A stretch of 63,856 bases of DNA, counting the filler, from Sphacelaria rigidula (taxonomy: Eukaryota): NCBI GenBank assembly GCA_964200075.2. It is 10 parts of 10 records of this genome, joined end to end, with 100 filler letters (N's around TTAATTAATTAA, not from the genome) between each part and the next. Parts side by side here need not be neighbours in the genome. Positions count along the whole stretch, not along the records: positions 38,377 to 44,671 come from CAXNAA020020953.1; positions 44,772 to 51,066 come from CAXNAA020020954.1; 8 more parts are not named here. One strand, written 5' to 3'. A program made the position numbers and the translations under genes. Below are positions 38,480 through 50,120 of this stretch, piece by piece. Within the stretch, counting starts at the first letter, position 1; every line of letters begins with the position of its first letter. The notes under the pieces were generated by a model, which was not told where the DNA came from, did not search any database, and worked only from the letters and a program-made list of their open reading frames with translations.

Positions 38480-39330
38480 CAAAAATCATTTCGATGATGT
38501 TCAACCAAAGAGCACAAGGCTCGCATGATAAACATCATACCCACCGCTTTGTTACTAACACGAGGATGTTGTCCTATTACGGTGTTAGTGGAACCGAAGG
38601 CATCACAGAACCCGGACATGAATAACCCAGGCGCCCGTGGACCGACACGTGTCCCAGTGTCCAGGCATGTAGAAACCGCAGATGCCTCCAGCACCAAAGT
38701 GCAAAGGCATCTCGTGGAAATAGGTCACAGGTAGCACATTTACATGCCACAAAATGATATGAAGCAAAAATCCTGTCGATGTTCCACCCGTGCAAAGAGG
38801 ACAATGCTCGCAAGATAGACATCAGATACACCGCTTTGGTACTAACGCGAGGACTTTGTCCTCCTTCAGTGTCAGTGGAACCGAAGGCATCCCAGAACCC
38901 GGGCATGAATACCTCAAGTGCCCGTGGATCGGTCGGTGTCCCAGTTCCTAGTCATGTATACCTGACTGATGCAGCCCGCACACAAGTGCAAAAGCATATA
39001 ACAAAAAATGCGTCACACACGACGCAGTTATATTACACAAAATGACAAGAAGCAAGGGCCATTGTGACGGTGTTCAGCCAAAAGAGCACAATTCTCACAG
39101 GTTAAAAACATCTTGAACACTGCCTTGTTACTAATCCGTGAACCTAATCCTACTACGGTGTGAGCGGAACCGAAGGCATCCCAGAACCCGGGCAGGAATA
39201 ATCCAGGCGCCCGTTGACCGATCAGTGTCCCAGTGCCTAGTCATGCATACCAGCAGTTGCAACCAGCGCCCAAGTGCAAACACATCTGATGGAAACACGA
39301 AACATATGACACAGCTACATGACGAGACTG
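38480..39330. repeat. Diverged tandem repeat, about 288 bp x3
   Basis: aaagag(c/g)acaa at about 38507, 38794 and 39082, and ggaaccgaaggcatc.cagaacccgg in every unit. Confidence 0.9.
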
Positions 39331-40895
39331 ATGATCGCCTCGTCCCACCAGCCATAGTCCTGATGGGCTTGAGGCGCATGAAGGGAGGGAAAATGTGGAA
39401 GATGCCTCTTTGCAGTGACATATCAGAGACTGATGCAACACATGTATGAAGAACCAGTGCAAGCAGGGAAAAGGTAGGAACGGTCCGGAAGAACCAGATT
39501 ACCGAGGACCCTGTAATGCCAACGAAACTAGATAACTCGGGATGGTGCCAGGAAGAGCCTAGTATTAGATCGGTCCAACATCTCCCAAGGAACTGGTTGC
39601 CCTTGACGATCACTTCTCGTCTGACCCCTTTTTGCCTACGTACACAAGAGGGAATCATCGCCAGCCTCGGAGTTCCTTCGGCATCAGGACGGCAGTCTCC
39701 TCCGTAGGTCTCTGACTACTGTAGTGATACGCCTCCCTCACATATTTAGACGTTGATGAGGATATGTAATCACAGCAATAAACTGTATACTGGACAATAC
39801 ATGCAATACCATGCAGGACAGTGCCACACCGCGTGCTTATACGTCAGGTGCTATATACTGCGGAGATAGCGCGGCATATGCTCCACGTATTGGTATGCAA
39901 TGTGAATGCTCAGCATATTTTGATATATGGGTGTTATTTATCGTCAGGAATAACGACAGTTCACACCGCACACACATGCGCACAACCGCAGCCTGCAGTA
40001 AGTAGGGCGTAAAAAGGAAGCGCGGAAAGTACAGTACAGACAGCGCAGGACTGTATCTGTTCGCTACCTACACTGCGACGTGAAAAGGTGTCGAACAACC
40101 CGCAGCTTTGTACTGCCTGCCCATGCATCCACTATGCGGTGAGTGCGTGTATATGCAATACAAGCCGCGCGGATATAGATTCCCCGCGGGCCTGCTATAT
40201 ACCCTGCGTGGTTCGATCTGTCGCCGTGCGATGCCGCGACCATTATGAAAGATGATGCTCAAGTTTCTATGCACCAACAGGAAATACATCATTCCCAACC
40301 GCGGCAGTGTGTATCTATATCCCTGTGCCCAACTCGTGCTCTTTGCTGCAGTAGGGTTGTACGGTATAGCTGGGAACAAGTGAGTGTTTAAGAGCCTGGA
40401 TCCGATTTTGAGGTTCAACATTTGGGAGAGATTGAAGCGGTCATCAAAATCTCATTCATTTTGTCCAATAGGCTCGGGGTACGCAAACAGTTTCGGCCAT
40501 GGCACTTGTACCAGAAACTCTTGTGCCAGAAGCTTTTATACGGCAACCCAAGCATGATGAGCAGTTGAAAAGAAAACCACCGTCAGGGTGCGGCGTTTTT
40601 TTCACAGGAGGACGTGCCTCTAAGCGCTACGGAACACGTAACAAAGCATGCTGAAAACTACTTCTTTGCAGTAGTCATCGAGTTTTTGAGCGCCTCTTGT
40701 TGAGTATCTAAGAGAGACTTCATACTGTTGCGCCGACGACGACCCCCGTCAGCGAAACGATCCAATACGGCGACAGACGCCAGCGATCTTATAAACCAGC
40801 ATCATTCAGCAGTCTGCAGAGATGCACTATCACCAGAATACAGCATCACCACAGTATAGTTGTCAGTTAGGTAAAATGGATGCCCCACAAAAAAG

Positions 40896-40933
<38 letters not shown>

Positions 40934-42480
40934 CGGGGGTTAGGGTTAGTCCCACGCTTGGGGTTGTTCCGCCAGTAGCGTCCATGAGAGGCGCTTCATC
41001 CAATCTGGACCAGTTATCACGCCTTGTACTGTCACTTCCGCCGCGGCTGTGTTGGGAACTGATTCCGGGGTGGGGCTGTCGAAGGAAACTATAGTGAAGC
41101 GCGCTTGAAAAAGCCGAGCCGTTTGTTTCAATTGAGAACCCGCATCAGCTTTAGTTTTAATATCTCTCCTCACGGTCTCAAGGAGGGTCTGAACTAGCGA
41201 CGGGAAGTGCTTGCACCCTCTCCCTCAGATATGATGTGTGACAAATGTGGGGGTATTTGGGGAATATCGCTCGGGATGAAAAATGTAAAATAGTATTCAG
41301 GGGTATCGTAGTACATATTTCCCTGTTTAAAATCGAAATTTCCTTGCTTGAACGGTTTATACCCGTTACAATGGACGACTGCTTTCCGGGAGAACCATCC
41401 GATATTTCAGGACTTTCCAATGGTCTCATGACTATGGCATGCATGATTATGAGTACACCCCCACAGTTGTCACAAATCAAAAGTTGCCGATTCATGTTCG
41501 CAGAAGGCTTGAACTCAAAATTATCACAAGCGGCGCGCGGAGAAGAATAGATCGAGGTAAAAAACAATCGTTTTCGATTGAAAACATGCGGTCGAAAGGC
41601 ACGAAGCGGCACTTGGCATTTGACTCCTATCTTACAGACCACCACGCCAGATAACACCTCTTCACAGGACCATACAAACTCCATCCAACTCATTCTCAGC
41701 TACCGCCGCAACCCTGCAGCATTGCGCACGAGTTGAGCACAGGGATAGATACACTGCAGTAGTTGAGTGTGGTTTGTTTATTTTTGTTGGCGAAAACTTG
41801 CGCATCTTTTCTGATTGTAGCGATCAGCGATGGAACTGCATGGTACGGTGGGCAACCGAGTTGCGTGCATGCTCATGGACAGTGCAGGCATTACAAAGCT
41901 GCACGTTGCTGAAGTCCTCTTCACGTCGCATTGTAAGCAGAGAGAACTGATAGTCCTGGGCTGTCTGCACTGCAGGTTGCCCGTTATTCTTTCATTTCCT
42001 CCTGCCCGAAACACGCGCACAACACTCAAGACACTCTGCTTGCAAGCAGTGTAAATAGTACAGACTGTCTGTACTGTACACGAGTGACCGTGTACCGTTC
42101 CACGAATTTCGCTGTCTTTTTGGGATCGAAAGCTTCAAAATCCATCTGGACATCTGGACCCAACTGCATCAAAACGAGAAATCGAGGGAAGTTTTGCCGC
42201 ACTCTCCCAAAACTCCGAACGCAGATTGCGCCTCCACCGGAATCCGAGCAAAACTCCCAAATGTGGGAACACAAGTAATCTGCGCTTCTGGCGGACATTA
42301 TATCCTCGTGGAATTTGTTTCTCGTTTTATTGACCTCTTCATGCTTCACCTTGTCACGAGAATCCCATCTGTCACCAACCCATGCGTATAGACAAATGCG
42401 CCCACGACACGATCTGCCATCTTGGTATACATATACATATATATGTACTTACTCTGTTGCTTCAATGTTCACTGTGGCAG

Positions 42481-43001
42481 ATCGACACGAATGGTGTCAC
42501 CGAGACGAATTCTACCGTGATGGTGTCGAAAACCGTGCACAGCTCGAAACTCCGCTTCATCTATCTCGTGGGACTCGAGGGCACGGGACACCATTACCTG
42601 TACCATGTGTTCGGCGGCATGTGCAAGGCGGCGACAGTACCTTGTGCAAACATCTGCTCACTGAAGAAAGCGCTGTACCCAGGACTTGGCAATCCAAAGA
42701 CTACGGGAGCGTACCTCGAGGCCAGGACGACGCTCCGGCGAGAAATGAAAAAGTTGAAGGAGACGGGCGACCAATTGCCGGAGGGAGAGGCCATGATGGT
42801 AGGCTTCAGCGAATGCGGAGGCGTCGGTATGATGTCGTACCCCGACTTCAACGGTGATCACAAGGCCCTTCAGTACGTTGACTTCAGATTTTTGGCGGAG
42901 GAGGCTGAGCGTGCCGGTGTAGACCTGAGGCTCATTTTTCTCGTGCGATCCGCCCAGGATATTCTTATCGCGGACACCGTTCACCGTCAATTCGGCGAAA
43001 C
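42481..43001 (+). CDS. Internal exon of a sulfotransferase-fold (P-loop-like) protein
   Basis: ggcag acceptor, gtgagt donor. FIYLVGLEGTGHH resembles the 5'-PSB loop and LIFLVRSAQDILIAD resembles the 3'-PB motif. Confidence 0.75.
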
Positions 43002-43639
43002 GTGAGTGTGTGTGTGTGTGCACGTGTGTGTTTGTGTATATTACCTTATGGCGTTTCGTGTTCAAGACGCAACGTGCTGGGGGGCTGGCCAACTGTGTTG
43101 GTGCTGATGTTGGCATTAGCTTGTATAACATGCGTGGACCACCTGTGCTGCACGCTGCATGAAAACTGCCACACACGCAAATTCTTCAATATGTTTTCCC
43201 CGGATTTTAATCCACAAGATTTTTCATACTCCGGAGTACATCACAGCTTTTTTGATAACTGGAGTCGCATCGGATTATTCTGCAGGGTGCGATCTGTCGA
43301 GTGTTAATCACCCCTCAACCTTTGCTAAACGGTTGCCCGATAGGAGGTCGCTACAACAAAGGCTTCATTTTTGAATTATTTTGTGGGGAAAAGATTTCAA
43401 TCACCGGAACGTACGCGGTTGGCCTTGTTTTGGAACAAAATGTAGTGAAACGAAACGAACTATGACTAGTATACAATTTTTGGCACCTGCCATCATGGTA
43501 CAGCTCAATATGCTGTCGGATGTGGACGTTTTAGCCCATCATGCCACGTTCGTGAAGGTATGGGTGCAGGCATTCAACGCTGTCGTTCATGCCGAATTGT
43601 GGCATCATTGAAATTGCGGGGGTGTTTTTTCGCACTTAC

Positions 43640-44077
43640 CACGGGAATTCACGAATTTCGGATGATGTTTTATTGAGGATGAAAACCCGCAGAACTGAAA
43701 TCTTCGTATCCTCACCAAACCTTCGAAATATAGTTCCACCCCTTCACCCATTGGTAGCTATCGATAACTGATACACGCCAAAACAAATTGGATCCTGATG
43801 ACCGACATGTTGCGGTTCTAGGTGAAAAAACAGATTTGGAGAATTTAGATTATCCGACCAGATCGTCGAAACTCCCCCAAATTGATTTTTTACCTAGGAC
43901 CCTAACATGTAGGTTGTCGGGATCCAAATTTCATTTGGTGTGAAGTAGTTGTTAATAGCCACCAGTAGGTAAAGGAATGGAACCATATTTCGAATATTTG
44001 GTCAGGCTACGAAGATTTTTATTTTCCGGGTTCTCATCCTCAATAAAACATCCATCCCCAATTCGTAAAATCCCGTG
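43640..44077. mobile_element. Foldback MITE, 438 bp, almost wholly palindromic
   Basis: CACGGG...CCCGTG termini, about 210-bp diverged arms, TTAC on both flanks. Partial relatives at 38377-38460 and 50300-50480. Confidence 0.85.
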
Positions 44078-44606
44078 TTACTTCAGGATCAGGACGCAAG
44101 GGGGAAAAGTCGTTAACGGTACGGATTCCATTCTGGAAAAAGTTCAGGGTCAACTTTCAAGGGCTGAAGGCCTATTATGAGCACTTCATCCTGGAGTCTC
44201 AAATGTTGCTTGAGAAAATCAGGATGTGACGGGCGGGAATCACCACCACTCCCACCATCACTGTCACAGCCAATTCATATTCGATATCCCGAACGAGCAA
44301 TGTGGGACATCCGTCACAACTGTCATCCTTGTCACAATGGACCAGTCATGAAGAGGCAACGGTAGACATTGCAGACAGGAAACCTCCTCACGCCGCCGTG
44401 GTATCAGCATTCATTCGCTTGGTTGCGTGGCGTGAAATTCACGTGGTCGGTGCGTGTACAAGATATTATGCCTTGGCTACAGCTACTTATTATTGCCACA
44501 CATGTGGCCAATCGGCTCCTCCTTGAAATCCCTACATCGCGATATTTTTTCTCTACGATGGAGGTCTGAGACCACGGGTTCGAGAGATCGGACAAATGTG
44601 AGGAAA

Positions 44607-44623
44607 TAACAACAGTAATAATG

Positions 44624-44655
<32 letters not shown>

Positions 44656-44671
44656 CATAATAATAATAATA
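44607..44671. repeat. (AAT)n microsatellite at contig end
   Basis: Read directly from the sequence. Confidence 0.95.
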
Positions 44672-46223
44672 NNNNNNNNNNNNNNNNNNNNNNNNNNNNN
44701 NNNNNNNNNNNNNNNTTAATTAATTAANNNNNNNNNNNNNNNNNNNNNNNNNNNNNNNNNNNNNNNNNNNNAGAAGCTATGGACACGCGTTCGTTTCGGA
44801 GCGGACTACCGTTCCGAGTCCTAATAGAGCTGGGGGGGGGGGGGGTATTTCGAGGCATTTCTTCCACTAAATTCCACTTCAAATCTTCGTTGAAAGCAGC
44901 AACGGTTCTTCGAGAGCGCTCGTTACCGATAGATAACGCTCATTGATGCCAATCGACTCTGTTTTTCACCTAAATACAAGTGCACCGCGAGAGTGTTAGG
45001 CTGTCTTACACACCTGTGAGCCCCCTTTTTCGCGGAAGCAAATGATTACCCCCCTATCGTAGCATAGCTCTGCGGCGCACAACAAGGCTGGTGATGCGCA
45101 AGGGTATCGAAGCTGCCATGCACGAGCAGCGCCCGCCGCACGTTCCGCGTGAGCTTCTTCAATGGCCAGCGAAGGACTTGAAGCCTCGAACGTGTACACA
45201 TAGGTAATGCGCTCGGAGTACGGCGAGCTTCAGGAGGATTCTATCACGCGCGAATGGTGTGGTATTCTGGAGGCGGGGACCATTGATGCGGCAGAGTAGC
45301 AACCAGTGGAGGGTTATATCCACGCGAAGTGAGTATTTAACTGGAAGGCAGGTGAGTTTGGTTGGCCGACGAAGATTAAGTCAAGCCTAGTAGCAAGAGG
45401 AGAAGTGCAGAGAGCAAACATAAATTTTGGATAATTGTATCCCCCCACCGTAGCTGTTTTTAGTGCGCGTTTGTTGGCGGCTTGCATTACGTCATTTTGC
45501 TTGAACAGGCTTTCGTGCAGTCCGAGTTGGATCAGGACTTATTCATGCGATTGTCACCTGGTAGTGGTAACTTGCCTGGGTAGATAGTGAGATTGAATCG
45601 GTCGTTGTACGGACTAAACCAAGCATGTAGGCAATGGCATAATCACTTGGCGAATTATATGGATGTTATAGGATTTGATTAATGTTCGGCGGATTTGTGT
45701 TTATTCATTTATTGATCAATAGCAGTAGGGTGATTATCACCATAGTGAGTGATACATGCAGACGACATTTTTGACGCAGGAGGGAAGCAGAGATGTGACG
45801 AGTTTGGGAGGGAGCTCAATACAATGGTTCCAGTCTAGAACCTTGGGGACTTGCGTTGGTGTTCTGAACTGTAGTGTGAGAGAGACGCTGAAAGAAGGAC
45901 TCTGAAGATTTCACAACAGACGTACGTAAACGATTTGGCGAAGGAATACGGTGAAGAGTGGGGAAAGAGTATTCCCATTGCTGCTGGTGTGAAGCTTGAA
46001 GAGTTTAGTGTAATAGAAAAGGCAACGAAATTTTGGTTTCGAGAGTTGGTAGGGTCGATGATGTGGGCAACTCGAACAAGACCAGACCTATCGGACACAG
46101 TACGTGTAGTAGGGAGATATTGTGCCTCACCTAAATTATTTCATTGGGATACTGCACTTGGACTCTGGGTTATGTGAAGTGAACAAGCTTGCTACGGCTT
46201 ACTTTTTGTACAGAAAAATTCTA

Positions 46224-46343
46224 CGATAGGGGTGCACGTTATAGTCCAGAACGTTTCTGAGGCTGCACACGAAGATCCAGATGTTTGTCATCGAGAGGCT
46301 TCGATAGTGCAGAACCCCATTAAAAAATTGTGCACCCCTATCA
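46224..46343. mobile_element. Tc1/mariner-like MITE inserted in the Copia remnant
   Basis: TIR cgataggggtgcac/gtgcacccctatca with TA on both sides. Confidence 0.8.
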
Positions 46344-46530
46344 TAGATCCACTCTAGAGACCGCGTTCCGGGAATGAGCTTTCAAGTATTTGCAGACGAC
46401 GATTGTTCAAATAAGGCAGCAGCCGTTAGACGGTCGCTATCAGAAGGACTAGTGATGTGTCGAGGTGTGTGTGTGTCGTGGTTTCTAGGACGCAGATGTC
46501 TGTGGCATTCATTGTCTACGTGTCATGCCA

Positions 46531-46649
46531 CGGTAGGGCTACATTTTTCAGCCCAAACGTTTTCTGAGGCTGTACACTAGGGCCCATATATTTATTATCG
46601 ACAGGCTCCTACAGCAAAGAGCCTCATGAACAAAAGTGCACCCCTACCG
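46531..46649. mobile_element. Second copy of the same 120-bp MITE
   Basis: cggtaggg...cccctaccg termini and a shared internal aacgtt(t)tctgaggctg. TSD decayed. Confidence 0.75.
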
Positions 46650-48069
46650 CGACATTGCTCCTACAACGGAGGCAGAATGCGTTGCCACTACTGATACCAA
46701 GGAGGTATTGTTTCTGAGGCAGGTCTGACGTTTCATATTGTTGGAGGTGGGAGTGCTGTGCATCCCCGTATTCGAGGACAATCGAGGTGTTACTCAGCTT
46801 GCATAGAATCCTGTAACAAACTCTAACTCCAAGTACATTGACGTGCGGCATCATTCTTTCAGGGGACTGGTAGCAAGGAAGAAGATTCCAGCATGCAGAC
46901 TTCTTGGTTGCCGTCGAAGGCTTCCACCGTAAGTTCGTCATGAGTATTGTATAATTTCTTTATCACTTTGACGTGTTGATCTGATTTGATTGCTATTGAT
47001 TTGACGTGAATTTGGATTGATCTGGTATATTGGTTTCGATTGTTTCATTCGAATTGATTTGAGTTGACTTTGGATTTCTACTCGAAACATCGATTTGCCT
47101 TGATATGTGTAATTTTGAGTTGATCCAACTTTTTACATTGGGTCTTCTTGGAGTATGTTTTTTTCTTTTGTTTCGATCCGAGATGATATGTTTTTTTTTC
47201 GAATACTTTTTTGCTGAGAAAAACACCGCTGTTGTAAGCTTTCACGTTTGCAGTGTCCACTATACACGTAATTTTTCAGGGGAAGATGCCTACTATGTGT
47301 TTGACTTTGTGACATGTGCTCGATTCGAAAAGGAGTCGAGCTGGTGAGATCGAGGGAAGTTGGAATTTCTTACGGAACTTTCAATATCCCCTTTCAAGTA
47401 TTGATTATACAGTGTGAGGATATATAATTCTGATATTGACATATTGATATTAAGAAGGGCTATTGTCTCAGATGTTTTGCTCTCAGGATAAACTATAAGG
47501 AACTAACTACGAGCGGGAAAGCTGATCGAGCGTGCCCACACCAACTGTGTCGTAGAAATTCATCCTGGGGTGAGGGATCTGTACCTTGGGTCGGGGATCG
47601 CGTACGTACAGATGGCCGGATGCGGGTACTGTTGAAGTGAGCAATCATCGATTACATGTGGCAAGGAAAAGGAGAATTACCATCTCCCGAGAGTGACGTA
47701 AGATAGCAGTTCGGCACGATAGCGCAGTCATGGACACCATGGCGCGTCAAAAAATAAAGGCACGTCACGCACATGTAATTTGGACGAGGGGCGCGTGTGG
47801 AGTTTTTCTCCATGTTTCTGTGTTCGACTAATGCTACAATACCCCCCGAACAAATCAGCCCAAGGCTGTCACAAAGACAACGGTGATACGGCGCATGATG
47901 TTAGGTTGCATGAAGCGCCTCATATGTCGAATTGGCGATAATGACCCCAAGGGCGGGAATTTACAGCTGCTCGTTGTGCTCGGCGTTTGTCATTTTGAGT
48001 CACGTGTAAATTTTGCCTCCCCGAATCAGCCGCTTTTCGTTTTTGGGGAGGGGGCCATCGTAGCATTTA

Positions 48070-48276
48070 TAATGCGTGAGAGGACCGCGTGCTTAGGGGA
48101 CCGCATCAGGATTCAAACACCCCTATGGTTAGGGTTAGGGTTAGGGTTAAGGTCGGGGTTGGGGTCAGGGGCGTGGGCCTTACATGGACTAGCCCGATTG
48201 GTTTTGAAAAGGGTCGATCCTGAGGTGTTTTGGGCTACGATGCGGTCCTCTAAGCACGCGGTCCTCTCACACATTA
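48070..48276. mobile_element. MITE with 38-bp TIR enclosing (TTAGGG)n repeats
   Basis: taatgcgtgagaggaccgcgtgcttaggggaccgcatc and its inverse, with an imperfect agcatt-containing flank duplication. Confidence 0.8.
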
Positions 48277-49520
48277 CAGCATTAGTCGTTCGCAACCAGG
48301 TCGCACTCCTAGATTCCCACCGCTTTTTGCTCTTGATTTGTGGGTTTTCAGTTGAGAGACAGTATAATAAAATAAACGGTATATGATCTTCAACAATGGT
48401 TTCTTCCCACTTCTTGCCCGTGGCCGGCAGAGCAGAGTATTTATACAACGCACCCCGCCACAAGGCACGCTTGTACCACTTATACGATTAGTACTTGCCT
48501 CGTAGCTCACCGACAGGCTTGGCAGCTTATCACTGTTAATTGAACCCTAAACTGCTTCGTGAACACGTTCATTGCTTTCAAACTTCTCAAGCCGAAGGGC
48601 ACGCACGGTGTGTACCAGGCGAACCCTATCGACGACATGGATCCAAAAGGCCCCACCTTCCTATCGCTCTCATCATCCGTACCAATGAACAGCGATTTTA
48701 TTTCACAACACCTCTCCTTTACCCGCTATCGCCGGCTGGCTGGCGTGGTTGCGTCGAGGGAACCAAATCTAAGTAGCGAAAAGACAACACGACCACACAT
48801 GAGATTAGAGCGATATGACCTACAGACTAGTTCGTGCGTTGTAGCGGTGGTGGTGTGACATGCAGACCAGCCGGTGGGCTTGTCGACGTCGGACTAGACG
48901 TTCAATCCTACATACAGCTACGGAGTTTTACGTCGTACTGGGAGCCAAACACAACGCCACGGGTACGGAGTTTTACCCAGGGTTGGGACGCCATCACAGA
49001 AAATGCGTCGATGAATGTGAAAAGCTTGAAAGCGAGTAACAGATGCTGGTGCTAGCGGCCGCGGGCAGGGACAGCTGCAACCTTCCCGTGCGATTAAAGG
49101 ACGAAGCCTGTACCTACATGCTGGCGGACCAAGTTTTTCGTTTTCTGGAAACGGTACTTGATCCCATCCTCACAAAATCCACTACTTGTTTTCCTCTTTT
49201 CCTTTCTGTCTTTTCCTTCCTGTTCCTTTCTCGACTTTCATCTAGGGAATGTTTCCGTCTCTCTTTCCGTTAAGCAAATCTATCTTCCGCAGACGGATGG
49301 ACCCGTGAAGGATCAACCAATGCACGACATTCAACCGATTTGTCAACGAAACAACCAACCAACCGATTGATCGAACAATCAATGGCGAATCGTTTAACGT
49401 ACAGAAATGAGCTAAAGAGCGGAGAAGAGGCTACGGCAGCTTCTCACAAAAAGGCGAACCAACTCACCATCTATGCTCTACACTTCGTTCGAAGGGAGAC
49501 AAAAGGATCTGATACAAGAC

Positions 49521-50120
49521 TTATTCCAACCGCCACGCGTAAACAACCTCCCTGGCCACAACGGCGATTGAAAGCGCCAGGGAAAAGTCATGTACGGGAC
49601 CCGAGAGAGAGGCGGCTCCAGCCGCGCTGTTGTGAGCAGTAATCGCCTGATCTTTCTCGCTCTGGGTGGGGGCTCCGGTAGGGGATGCGGTCTCGTTGTA
49701 CCATGCTTCCATCAGCACCGCATCATCGTAGCTGCTCCAGATTATATCACAGGACTCAGAGCTCAAGGTGCAATGGTGAGTATTCAGTTCTCGAGAATAA
49801 ACGCACTGGGAGTACGCCAGCCATCGGGTGTTAGAGAAGCAGTCGAGCTCGATAGTCAGGTCTCGGCAGCAAGGAATCAGAAACGTGGTGTTACAAACGT
49901 TCTCGCCCGTGCCCAAGGCCTGCCCAGCAGTGTGACATGTAGCAAACCCCGCAGGGTCGTCGGGTGTAGACATGGCGCATTTGTTGCAGCCTTCGTCTTC
50001 GAGACAAGATATCACGCTGTCAACGCAGTGGTCGGGTGAGTACGTCGTCCCTCCGAGTTTCACCACGAAAGAAATGGCCAAGAACAGGAATACGAAGCGC
50101 GCAAGTATATGAGCCCCCAT
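49521..50120 (-). CDS. Intronless secreted Cys-rich protein, 199 aa, possibly GPI- or membrane-anchored
   Basis: Signal peptide, 12 Cys including CX6CX5CX2C and CC, an S/P/T linker (TASPTGAPT) and a hydrophobic C-terminus. Confidence 0.8.
   Translation of the reverse strand: MGAHILARFVFLFLAISFVVKLGGTTYSPDHCVDSVISCLEDEGCNKCAMSTPDDPAGFATCHTAGQALGTGENVCNTTFLIPCCRDLTIELDCFSNTRWLAYSQCVYSRELNTHHCTLSSESCDIIWSSYDDAVLMEAWYNETASPTGAPTQSEKDQAITAHNSAAGAASLSGPVHDFSLALSIAVVAREVVYAWRLE

Larger units (their letters stand above)
45180..46950 (+). pseudogene. pol: Heavily decayed Ty1/Copia reverse transcriptase and RNase H
   Basis: VFNWK..KSSLVARG, SLYGLNQACRQW, HADDI (YVDD-like), FRELVGSMMWATRTRPDL, FADDD, TTEAE, FEDN and SKYIDVRHH, with many stops. 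Confidence 0.92.

Noticed and set aside
41178..41693. PHD-finger-like text LLICDNCG in a 171-aa ORF
   Set aside because: The remaining Cys ligands are absent and there is no splice or homology support.
47480..47720. Possible LTR of the decayed Copia
   Set aside because: No partner LTR or clear TG...CA boundaries could be established.
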